Of a stretch of 64,000 nt of DNA, positions 24,127-33,821 are shown one piece after another. Both the position numbers and the translations under genes were made by a program. This DNA is from an uncultured delta proteobacterium. GTDB taxonomy: Bacteria > Myxococcota_A > Polyangia > Polyangiales > Polyangiaceae. Positions within the stretch are counted from its first letter, which is position 1, and each line of letters opens with the position of its first letter. Below the pieces are notes generated by a model. The model did no database searches and was not told where the DNA came from. It worked only from the letters and a program-made list of their open reading frames with translations. The stretch lies in NCBI GenBank assembly GCA_963806225.1, contig CAWDXG010000004.1, forward strand, positions 1,184,001 to 1,248,000, in the 5' to 3' direction.

Positions 24127-25753
24127 CTAGCCGCCGCAATAGTGCTTTCCCACGCCCGCCAACCACTTGCCTATGTCTGCGCCGGCCTGGAAGTCGCAGA
24201 AGCCGGCGGGCCCGGAGATGGCCGCTTGCGCGCAGTAGTAGCCGTCCACCCACGACGTGCATTGGCCACCCGAACCGAAAACGTCGCTCGAACATTGGCT
24301 CTTCTGGCTCGAGGGACAGCTCTGGCAGCTCGAGTTGGAGCAATCCGACCGCGCAGGTCAGGTTGTGGTTGCAGCTCTGCGTCAGGTACGGCGTCAGGCA
24401 GCGCGTGTACGCATCGTTGCCGGTGAACTGCAGCAGGCAGTCGTAGCAGGAAGGCTTGGTAACGAGCAGCTTCTGGAAGAACGGCGCGCAGCTCGAAGCC
24501 ACCGGATTGCCCTGACACGCCTTCGCCAGTGCGCCCAGATCGCTGCTGCTGCAACTCTTCGAGGTCTTGGGCGGCGGCGTCAGCGACGTCGGACTGCAGC
24601 CGGGGTACGCCGCCGGACACTTCGATCCGCTGCTGCACACCTGGTTCTGGCAGGTTTGCCCCTTGGCGGAGCAGTTGTCGCACAGCGCACCGTACTCGCC
24701 GCAGCGCAGCGAGGAACTGCCCGCCCGGCACGCACCGGTCGCGGTGCAGCAGCCGGCACAATTGTCGGGCCCGCAGTGCTGCCCCGAATAGCAGAAGCCC
24801 TGCGCCGCACAGCTTTGACCGGCCTGGGTGCAGTCGGTGCATTTCTGGCCCTGGTCGCCGCAAGCGGAGTTCATGTTCCCGCTCTGGCAGTTGCCCTGCG
24901 CGTCGCAGCATCCGCTTGGGCACGTCGACGACCCGCAGCTCGGCACGAAGGCGCAGTAGCTGCCCGGCTGCGTGCAGGTACGACCCTGCGACGAACAGTT
25001 CGCGCAGGCCTGACCCGTATCGCCACATGCCGTGTCGCTGTTGCCGGTCCGGCACACGCCCTTCGCGTCGCAGCATCCGCCGCAGTTCGACGGTCCGCAC
25101 TTCGGCGGCGGCGAGCCCTGGCACTTGCCGGACACGCAACCCTGGCCGCTCGGCGTGCAGTTCGAACAGGCGATGCCACCGAGCCCGCAGGCGTCGGATT
25201 CAGTACCGAAGCGGCAGAGGCCGCTCGCGTCACAACAGCCCTTGCAGTTGGCCGGACCGCACTTCGGCGGTGGCCCCTCGCACGCGCCGCTCACGCAGTT
25301 GAAGCCGAGCGCGCCGCAATCGACGCATTCCACACCGGCGAGCCCGCAGGCGTTGATCTCGCTGCCGCCGCGGCAGTTGCCTGCGGCGTCACAACATCCC
25401 TTGCAGTTCTGGGGGCTGCAGCCCGGCCCGCCGCCGGCACCACCGAATCCCGAGCTGCCGCCGAAGCCCGAGCTGCCGCCGAAGCCCGAGCTGCCGCCGA
25501 ACCCCGAGCTGCCGCCGAACCCCGAGCTGCCGCCGAACCCCGAGCTGCCGCCGAACCCCGAGCTGCCGCCGGATCCCGAGCTGCCGCCGAAGCCCGAGCT
25601 GCCGCCTGCGCCGCCGCCGTCGGGCGGCGCCAGCACGGGGTTTTCCAGACTCGAGCGGCCCAGGCACCCTGGCAGCCCCAGCGCTGTCAGCGCAGCCGCT
25701 GCAATGCCGAGTCCGAGGATGCGGGGAACGAGCGAAAAGCGTGGGTTGTGCAT
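24127..25753 (-). CDS. Cys-rich repeat lipoprotein with (GGSSGF)n linker (frameshift near 24345)
   Basis: Lipobox LGLPGC; about 5-6 copies of CGPxNCxGCCDAxGxC...ACG..G..C..C; repaired C-terminus ...GKWLAGVGKHYCGG-stop at 24127. Confidence 0.8.
25443..25606. repeat. 18-bp coding tandem repeat, 9 copies
   Basis: Unit cccgagctgccgccgaa(g/c) recurs at 25449, 25467 ... 25593; encodes GGSSGF on the minus strand. Confidence 0.95.
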
Positions 25754-25766
25754 GGGGATCCCTCCT

Positions 25767-27515
25767 TCATCTCCGCATCATCGTGAGACGGACCACGGCC
25801 TGGATCGCGGCCTGGGACACATCGGCCTTGAGCCATCCCCGTCCCTGGGAGCGACCGAACCCGAGCAGCACCGGCGCCGTCGCCCCCTGTGCCGGCCTAC
25901 CGGTAGAGAGCACCTTCGGGTCCATGTACACCGCGAACGCTGCGTCGTGACCCAGCCGCTTCACGGCCGCCGCGACGCCGGCTTCGCCGCCGAGGCTGGA
26001 GCCGGCGTCGCCCGCGGCATGAACGAGCGCGAGCAGACCCGGCCCGGGCTCGTGCGCAGCCGCGCCCAGGACGACCCCATGCTGCACCGTCCACAGGAAG
26101 TCGATGGGCTTCGACCCGAGCTGGAGCCCGGGGGCGTGCTGCTTGCTCTTCGGGGGCGCGACCGTGACCTTCGCCCGCTGGACGCTGCCGTCGATGCCTT
26201 TCACGTGGGCCTTCGACAACACCACGGTCGTCTTTCCGAGGAACTGCTGGACAGGTCGCGCGATGGCCGGCATGCGCAGGAGCTGGAACAAACCGCGCGC
26301 TCCGCTCTGGAACGCGTCGGCGTCGGCCACCGAGCTGCGCAGGAGGACACTCGCCTGCTCGCCGACAGCAACCCCGACCGCGGCGTTGTCCCCGCGCCCC
26401 TTTGCGAGGTCCGACAGCGTCTGCTCCAGCTTCTTCCTGTCGGCGCCGGTCAGTCGCTTGCCGAGCAGCTTCTCGAGCGCCGTCGTCGTCGAGTCAGCCC
26501 AGGCCTGACGGGACTTGTCGTCCGTATGCGAAGCTAGCGCGAGCGCGGTGCTGCCGGGCAGCCCGGTGAGCGCGTCGAGCGACCCCACTGTCATCCCCGC
26601 GACCAGATCGGCTGCAGCCCCCGTTTTTCCAGGCGTGAGCTCCGCCCGGGCAGCGAGACGCGTCTCCATCGGGTCGATCACGACGACGAGCCGCTCCGAG
26701 CTCTCCAGCACGTCCACCGCACCGCCGACCGCCGAGCTGGCGCCCATCAACGCCGCCGCGGGATCCGCGAAATCCGCTGGGTGCCCCTGCTTTTGCTGGG
26801 CCTCCCGGCGGCTCTGTTCAAGCTGTTTCTTGTAGGCCTTCCAGCCTCCCGAGAGGCGCGACGCGACGGGCCCGGCCAGCGCCTTGTGATCGACTACCGC
26901 GACAATGGGGCCGTGCGGCGGCTTCCTCGTGGGTAGCGTGCGGGCCACGAACGGGCCCGCCGCCTTGACCACCCGGGGTGCCTTGGCAGCCAACAGGTAG
27001 TGACCGACGACGCCGAGCGCAACGTCGCTCGAGGCTTTGCCCTCGACTGGCTCGAGCAGCGTGACGCCTGACTTCTCGTCGTGGCTAGCGTGGAAGCGCG
27101 CTTTCGAGCCCGTCGTGAGCGAGGCGATGATTTCCTTGCCGTTGCGCACGTGCAGGCCGACGACCACGCGCGGTGAGCCGTGTTCGTCGAGGACCATCGC
27201 GCCCCGCACGGGCAGATCATCGATCAGACCTGCGGCGTCGGGCGGCAGGCCGAGCAGCGTGGCGGCAAGCATCTGGAAGCCTGCCGGCAGAAGCCGCGCC
27301 GGACCGCCCACCAGCTTGCGCAGGCTGCTCCACGTGGCACCGGGCCTTTCCACATACAGCTCGGCCAAGAGGCCCGCGGGTGCGGGAACCGGGGTGAGCT
27401 CGGCGGCCTTTGCCGACGCCGAAGGCGTGGGCCCGCCCGGGCTCCCGCAGGACGAGCAGGCGCCCAGCAGTGCTGGCAGGAGGAAAAGCAGCGCCCAGGC
27501 GATCGGGCGCCCCAC
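25767..27515 (-). CDS. hypothetical lipoprotein
   Basis: GTG start 1 nt after the ssb stop; LLGACSSC lipobox; about 580 aa open frame. Confidence 0.7.
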   Translation of the reverse strand: MGRPIAWALLFLLPALLGACSSCGSPGGPTPSASAKAAELTPVPAPAGLLAELYVERPGATWSSLRKLVGGPARLLPAGFQMLAATLLGLPPDAAGLIDDLPVRGAMVLDEHGSPRVVVGLHVRNGKEIIASLTTGSKARFHASHDEKSGVTLLEPVEGKASSDVALGVVGHYLLAAKAPRVVKAAGPFVARTLPTRKPPHGPIVAVVDHKALAGPVASRLSGGWKAYKKQLEQSRREAQQKQGHPADFADPAAALMGASSAVGGAVDVLESSERLVVVIDPMETRLAARAELTPGKTGAAADLVAGMTVGSLDALTGLPGSTALALASHTDDKSRQAWADSTTTALEKLLGKRLTGADRKKLEQTLSDLAKGRGDNAAVGVAVGEQASVLLRSSVADADAFQSGARGLFQLLRMPAIARPVQQFLGKTTVVLSKAHVKGIDGSVQRAKVTVAPPKSKQHAPGLQLGSKPIDFLWTVQHGVVLGAAAHEPGPGLLALVHAAGDAGSSLGGEAGVAAAVKRLGHDAAFAVYMDPKVLSTGRPAQGATAPVLLGFGRSQGRGWLKADVSQAAIQAVVRLTMMRR

Positions 27516-27516
27516 C

Positions 27517-27999
27517 TCAGAACGGAATGTCGTCGTCGTCGCCGCCGCCATAGTCCGCGTCATCATAGCCGCCGCCAGGGGGCGCCCCGCTCTCGTGCCC
27601 GCCTGCGTCACCGCCGCCGCGACCGCCGCCGCCACCGCCGCCGCCACCGCCACCGCCACCGCCACCGCGCGAGCCGGCGAGGATGATGTTGTTGGCGACG
27701 ATCTCGGTCCGGTACTTCTTGTTGCCCTCGCGATCCTCGTAGCTCGAGGTCCTGAGGCCTCCCTCGACGAACAGGCGCGAACCTTTCGTGAGGAACTTGG
27801 AAAGGGCTTCCGCTCGCCTGCCCCAGACCACCACGTTGTGCCACTCGGTACGTTCCTGACGCACCTTGTTGCGATCAAGATAGGTCTCGGACGTTGCGAG
27901 TCGCATCTTCAGAACCGCCTGGCCCCCGCTCGTCATCCGGAGCTCCGGATCGGCTCCGAGATTTCCGAGCAGCATCACGCGGTTCAGTCCTTCTGCCAT
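27517..27999 (-). CDS. ssb: single-stranded DNA-binding protein
   Basis: [27 protein letters not shown], Gly-rich linker, C-terminal DDDIPF. Confidence 0.97.
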   Translation of the reverse strand: MAEGLNRVMLLGNLGADPELRMTSGGQAVLKMRLATSETYLDRNKVRQERTEWHNVVVWGRRAEALSKFLTKGSRLFVEGGLRTSSYEDREGNKKYRTEIVANNIILAGSRGGGGGGGGGGGGGGGRGGGDAGGHESGAPPGGGYDDADYGGGDDDDIPF

Positions 28000-28114
28000 G
28001 GGCGGAGCTCCTTCGATGGGGTTCGGTCGGGTGTGGTCGTTCAGGCCGCGGGCGTCAAGGCGGCTCCGGCCCAGGTCGGTCACGACGCGGGCCGGTTGTG
28101 CGATAGCCGGAGAC

Positions 28115-28522
28115 TCAGGCGCTCGCGCCGGGCCCCGGTTCGGGATCCTCGCCGGCATCGAGCTCGGCGAGCAGCGTCTGGACGTCGCCTCTGACCTCGA
28201 GCAGCGCCGAGCGGAGCCGGCGGGCTCGCTGCTGGGCCGGATCGTCGGCGGGAACGGGCTCGACGCCACGCACGCGGAGGCGCTTGCGGGCCCCGGCGAT
28301 CGTGAACCCCTCGGTGTAGAGGAGCTCCTTGACCCTCAGCAGCCGCTCCACGTCCCGCCGCGAGTAGATGCGCTGGCCTTTGCGGGACTTCTGGGGCCGG
28401 ATCGAACGGAACTCGGTCTCCCAGTAGCGAAGCACATGGGGCTCGACACCGACGATCTCGGCGACCTCGCCGATGCGGTAATAGAGCTTGACGGGCAGCT
28501 CGCCGGCGCGGCGCTCGACCAA
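28115..28522 (-). CDS. MerR-family transcriptional regulator
   Basis: [25 protein letters not shown]...[11 protein letters not shown]; the typical ihfA-linked MerR. Confidence 0.92.
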   Translation of the reverse strand: MVERRAGELPVKLYYRIGEVAEIVGVEPHVLRYWETEFRSIRPQKSRKGQRIYSRRDVERLLRVKELLYTEGFTIAGARKRLRVRGVEPVPADDPAQQRARRLRSALLEVRGDVQTLLAELDAGEDPEPGPGASA

Positions 28523-28528
28523 GGCGGG

Positions 28529-28942
28529 CTACTCCTTCGCCGTCGAGCCGGGGCTCTGGGCGACGGACAGGCTGCTGCCCACCGGCCGCGCGGGGACATT
28601 TGCCGTATCGGTGGAGGACACCTGCGTGGTGGCCTGCTGGCCCCGGCCGTCGGTCGGCTCGTGCTGGTCATTCAAGGCCTGTTTCAACAGCTGGCTGGCC
28701 TTGAAGTTGAGCACGCGGCGTTCGGTGATGGTGATCGGCTCCCCGGTCTGCGGATTGCGTCCCTGGCGCTGCCGCTTGTCCCGGAGAACGAAATTGCCGA
28801 ACCCCGAGATCTTGATCTTCTCGCCGCGCCCGAGCGTCTCCTTCATGGTCTCGAACACAAGATCCACGAGGTCGGCGGACTCCTTCTTCGAGAAGCCTCC
28901 CAGCTTCGTGTACACCGCGTGGACGATGTCGGCCTTGGTCAT
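28529..28942 (-). CDS. ihfA: integration host factor subunit alpha
   Basis: MTKADIV...IKISGFGNFVLRDKRQRQGRNPQTGEPITIT; about 45 aa C-terminal extension. Confidence 0.93.
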   Translation of the reverse strand: MTKADIVHAVYTKLGGFSKKESADLVDLVFETMKETLGRGEKIKISGFGNFVLRDKRQRQGRNPQTGEPITITERRVLNFKASQLLKQALNDQHEPTDGRGQQATTQVSSTDTANVPARPVGSSLSVAQSPGSTAKE

Positions 28943-29166
28943 CGGGACCCCCGTCGAGCAGCGGCGCACGGCCGTGCTTGCACAATTGGAGGGCACCCCC
29001 GACAACCAGCCGCAAGGGCGCCCGAAGGTAGGGTCATACTACCCACGCAGCCGAAAAAGTCCATAAGGAACGGGAAGCTCCGCGTCTCGAGCGGTAACGG
29101 AGCAACGCGGGGCGGGCTGGTTTGCCTTTTCAGGCCGGCCAACCCACCGGGCATTCTGTGCCTGGG

Positions 29167-30697
29167 CTATGCGGCGCGGGCGACGCCGGGGCTCTCCGCA
29201 GCGCCGTCGATCAGCGTCTCGCCGCTCTCGACCGGGGGGCGGATGGCCTCCGCGTCGCGACGACGGCTGAGCTGCTCCGTCACCACCAGTGTCGACACGT
29301 AGCCATAGCCGAGCATGAAGAGCGCGGCGAACGGCAGCGCGAACCAGTGGCCGGTCTCGAACGCGGCAGCCACGCTGGCTGCGCTGATGAGCGTGAGCCC
29401 GATTTCGGCGAGCGGCAGCTGCGCGGCCTGCTTGTAGCGGCCCGCGGTGATGCCGCGTTTCGGCGTGCGGACGAACTCCCCGGACATCGAGCGCAGGCCC
29501 TCCCAGACCGCGCGGGTCAAGTGCGGAGCGAGCCCGGCCCCGAGCGCGATGAGAGCAGGAAGGCGTCGCATCGCCGCCCAGGGTGAACGCCCCTGCGCGT
29601 GCTCGGCCAGTGCGTAGAAGGTCGCCAGCGAGCCCGTTGCACCGACGCATAGCGGAAGATCGATGATGAGCATCGACTTCACGTCGGTCGCCGGCATCAG
29701 GATCAGCGCGGGCAGCAGCAGCACGCTCAGCAGCATCATGAGCGGGTAGGCGAAGTGCGGCGTGAGGTGGAAGAAGGCCTCGAAGCGCTGGGTGCGCCGA
29801 GAGCTTCGTGCGCATCACGCGGCGAAGCAGCTTGCGCGCCGTCTGCACCGTACCCTTGGCCCACCGGAACTGCTGCGCGCGGAAGGCGGACATGTCCTCG
29901 GGGAGCTCCGCCGGCGTCAGCACGTCGGGACGATAGACAAACCGCCAGCCCGCGAGCTGCGCGCGGTACGACAGATCCAGATCCTCGGTCAGCGTGTCGT
30001 GCTGCCAGCCGCCGGCGTCCCGAATGGCGTCGACCCGCCAGATGCCGCCCGTGCCCGAGAAGTTGAACATGCAGCCCGCGCCGAAGCGCGCCCGGTTTTC
30101 CACCAGATGGTGCCCATCGAGCATCAACGCCTGCACGCTGGTGAGCAGCGAATCGTTGCGGTTGATGTGACCCCAGCGGGTCTGCACCATGCCGATGTCG
30201 CTCTCGCGGAAGTGCCCCACGACCTCGCGCAGGAAGCCGGGCTGGGGGATGAAGTCCGCGTCGAAGATCGCGATCAGGTGACCCTTGGCGCGGCTCAGAC
30301 CGTAGTCGAGCGCGCCCGCCTTGTAGCCCACGCGGTCCGGGCGGCGCACGTAGACCGCGTCGATACCGCGCGCCCGCATCTCCTCGACCTTGGCCGCAGC
30401 GATCTGGCGGGTCTCGTCGCTCGAATCGTCCAGCACCTGGATCTCCAGGCGATCGAGCGGATAGTCGGTGCGCGCGGCAGCATCCAGCAGACGCGCCACG
30501 ACGGTCGCCTCGTTGTACAGCGGGAGCTGGATGGTGACCGACGGCAGCTCGTCCTCGGGGACGACCACGGTGTGCTCCGCCGCCTTCAGCTTCTTGCGGT
30601 GGCGCGTGCACAGCCACACCAGGTGGGCACGGTGGACTCCGTAGCAGCAGAGAACGAGGAGGACGGTGAAGTAGAGCAGAACGAGAAGGGTTTCCAT
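29167..30697 (-). CDS. processive membrane GT2 glycosyltransferase, cellulose-synthase-like (frameshift near 29795)
   Basis: IQLPLYNE, LDDS, GYKAGAL, IFDADF, TLTEDLDLSYR, QQFRW, FVRTPK; multiple TM segments. Confidence 0.9.
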
Positions 30698-30790
30698 GCC
30701 GTATCGATCGGCAAGTAGCACCCGCCCTGGGCCCAATTGTCACCGCAATGTAAATCGTTGCACGACCTTGTAGGATCGGGCTTTCGAGTG

Positions 30791-32182
30791 TCATTTCAGG
30801 GGTTTGTCAGCCCCGAATATGAAGTCGCCACCCAGGCCGAGGAACAGCATCGTGTGCAGGGTCTGGTTCTGGATGGTCTGGTCGCCCGGAGGGGAACCGA
30901 CCAGCACGACGCCGCAGCGGGAGGGGATGTCTACGTTCCGCTTGTCGAACTTCTCCGCCGTCACCATGGCGAACGGGGTGAGCTGCAGGAATGGCGCCAC
31001 CGGAATCACCACTCCTCCACCAATTCGACCGCCGGTTCCGCTCAGTGTCGTCGTCACCGAGCAGTTCGGCAGGTCGTTCAGGGTGGTGTGCTGCGACACC
31101 GAGTCGAAGGTGACGTCCAGCTCGCCGAAGCCGCCAAAACGGCCCGGCGGAGTTCCGATCATCACGCCGAGTCCCCCGCCCTGGTAGTCGGCCTTGCTCG
31201 TCGAGTTCAGCGTGGCTCCCCCGCTGACCAGCTTCTGGTTCGGCGGCTTGAGGCCGCCCGCGAAGAGCGTCAGCACCGGCGTGAAGTAGTGCCAGATGCG
31301 GACGCCTCCGTGCAGCTCTGCGCCGCCTCCGACGCCCGCGAAGTCCGACATCTTGACCCTGTTTCCGGCCGGATCCTGAAAGGCGCTGCCCGCGAAGAAG
31401 GTCGCTCCGCCGCGCACCCCTGCCATGAAGCCGATGAGCGGGGGCTTCTTGGCGGTCGTCGGCGGCGGCGCCTTGCCCTTTTCATCCCCGCCCGCCTTGG
31501 CGGTAGCGCCCGCCGCAGCTCCAGAGGGGCTCGACCCGGCAGGCGCAGCCCCCCCCCCTGCCCCGGGCTCGAGCGTCAGCTTCACCGGCTTCTTCTCGCC
31601 CTGCTGGACTTCGACGGTCGTCTCCGTGGGCTTGAAACCCGGCGCCGTCACCCGGACCGTGTGCTTGCCGGGATCGGCGGGCCGATCGATGCCGACGACG
31701 GCGGACGGCAGATGCTCTCCGTCGATGACCACGTCCATGTCGTTCACGTCGGCCGGCTGGACCTCCACCCGCAGCGCGGGGATCTTCGGCTCCAGTGCGG
31801 AAAGCTCCTTGGCGCCGGAATCCTGGGCGTCCTTGAACGCCTGGGGCGCGTTCGACGAGAGCTTCACCCGGCCCAGCTTGCGATAGGTCTCCGCGCCCTC
31901 GACCAGCTTGCCCAGCTTGACTTGACAGCGAGCGATGTAGAGCAGGTGGACCGGGGCGTCGTACAGCGCCTCGGCCCGTGTCAGCTTGTCCAGCGCGTCC
32001 TTGTAGTTGCCGGCGCGGTAGAGCTTGATGCCCGTGGTCGCAAGCGAGCGCGCGGTCGCCCTGTCGGCGGCCGACTGGGCGCGGGCGGGCGACGCGGCGA
32101 GGAGCAACCCCGCGCCGAGACCGGCGGCGGAAAGGGCGAGGCGGACGTGCAGGGCAACTACAGGCAACCTGTGGGCAGGCAT
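30791..32182 (-). CDS. secreted TPR-PEGA domain protein with putative C-terminal beta-barrel
   Basis: Signal peptide (ARA/Q), TPR-like helices, PEGA-like VVIDG...PGKHTVRVTAPGF, C-terminal amphipathic strands ending LGLGGDFIFG. Confidence 0.75.
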   Translation of the reverse strand: MPAHRLPVVALHVRLALSAAGLGAGLLLAASPARAQSAADRATARSLATTGIKLYRAGNYKDALDKLTRAEALYDAPVHLLYIARCQVKLGKLVEGAETYRKLGRVKLSSNAPQAFKDAQDSGAKELSALEPKIPALRVEVQPADVNDMDVVIDGEHLPSAVVGIDRPADPGKHTVRVTAPGFKPTETTVEVQQGEKKPVKLTLEPGAGGGAAPAGSSPSGAAAGATAKAGGDEKGKAPPPTTAKKPPLIGFMAGVRGGATFFAGSAFQDPAGNRVKMSDFAGVGGGAELHGGVRIWHYFTPVLTLFAGGLKPPNQKLVSGGATLNSTSKADYQGGGLGVMIGTPPGRFGGFGELDVTFDSVSQHTTLNDLPNCSVTTTLSGTGGRIGGGVVIPVAPFLQLTPFAMVTAEKFDKRNVDIPSRCGVVLVGSPPGDQTIQNQTLHTMLFLGLGGDFIFGADKPLK

Positions 32183-32253
32183 ATCGCCCCATTGAGTAGG
32201 TCCACGCGCATGCCGGGGTCAAGCAACAGGCGGTGGGCGCGAGGCGGAGCCCG

Positions 32254-33689
32254 CTAGTAGCCGAGCTCGATCTTGCCCGTCGACCCGCCGCTCTTGTGCG
32301 TGGCGGCTGCGTGCGGCTTCACCGTGGCGTGCCGGTGCGGAGCGGCCGCCGGTCGCCTGGCCGTGGCCGGTGGGGGCGCGACGGACGGCTTTTCTGCGAC
32401 GCTGGCGCTCGGAACCGGCTCCACGGCGGGCTTGGCCGACGCCGTGGGCGGTAGGGCGTTGGGGGCCGGACCCGCCGAGGGCACGGCCACTGCAATGCTG
32501 GCCGACGGTTCGGGGCCGCTTGCCTTCGCCGGGGCCGCTGGGCTCTTGCCGAGCTTGTAGGCGACAGCCGAACCCACGCCGAGCACCAGCACGCCGGCCA
32601 CCGCGAGCGCCACGACCAGCCCGACACGCGACTTGCCGGGCGGAGCCGGTGTCTGCGTAGTCGGCGCGCCGGTGAGCGCCGCGGGCGGAGGAGTAAGCCC
32701 CCCGATGCCAGGCGTGACGACAGCAGCCTGCGTCCGCGCGGTGGACCACTCCGCATTGCTGGGCGCTGCCTGGTGCGGACTGCTCGGGTCGACCATCGAC
32801 GACATCGGCAGCCGCTGCGACAGGCCGCTCGCGGCCATCAGCTCGTCGGCCAGCTCGCGCGCGTTGCCGAAGCGATTCTCCGGCTCACGGGCGAGCGCCC
32901 GGGCAAACCATGCGTCGAAGGTCGGCGGCACGCCCGCCACCAGCGTCGATGGAACAGGCAGCGGCGCGGTGCAGATCTTGACCAGCACGTCGCCGATTGC
33001 CTCGCCCTCGAAGGGCAGGCTCCCGACCACGCAGCGGTATGCGATGACGCCGATGGACCACAGATCCGAGCGGTAGTCGACCGAACGCAGGCCCCGTGCC
33101 TGTTCGGGGCTCATGTAGTAGGGCGTGCCCAGCACCGAGCCGGTGCGCGTCGCAGACGACGCGCCGAGCGTCGGATCGGTGAACTTCGCGATGCCGAAGT
33201 CGACGACCTTGGCGATGTCCGCCTGGTCCTCGTCGTCCCAGACGAGAAACACGTTCTCCGGTTTCAGGTCACGATGCACGATGCCCGCCTCGTGCGCCTT
33301 GGACAGCGCACGGCAGGTCTGCATGATGATGTTCGCTGTATCCGGCAGCGAAAGCCGTCCCACGCGATCGAGTCGCTTGTCGAGTGGCTCGCCGGAGAGG
33401 AACTCCATGACGATGTACGGGCGCCCATCGTCGCTCACCCCGTGGTCGTAGACCTGCACGACGTGCTTGCTTCGCAGCGTGGCCGCTGCACGCGCCTCGT
33501 TCGGAAGCGATTCCGTGCTTCCTCGTCTTCGGCGTAGGCCGCATCGATGAACTTGACCGCGACGCGGGTGCCCAACGAGGTGTGGAGGCCTTCCCAGACG
33601 GAGCCCATGCCACCACGGCCCAGCAGCCTGGTCAGGCGGTATTTGTCCGCTACCAGCTCCGAAGGCACTTCGTCGGCCGCCCCTGGCAT
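32254..33689 (-). CDS. membrane Ser/Thr protein kinase (frameshift near 33505)
   Basis: LGRGGMGSV, VAVK, HRDLKPEN, DFG, GTPYYMSPEQ, DLWSIG; TM segment and Pro-rich external tail. Confidence 0.93.
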
Positions 33690-33821
33690 TTCGCCTGCTA
33701 GCGTACTGTCCCTGGCTCCGCGGTGCCAGGTATTGTCGACAAACCGCGCCGCGAGGCGAAAATTGCACCTCCGGTCGCGCGCGGGATCCGGCGCCGGGGA
33801 CGGTGTGCTACACGCGCCGAC

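Noticed and set aside
25443..25606. Possible CRISPR array
   Set aside because: Contiguous 18-bp units with no spacers, in frame within a CDS, and no cas genes.
27610..27670. (ccgcca/ccgccg)n microsatellite
   Set aside because: Encodes the ordinary Gly-rich linker of SSB.
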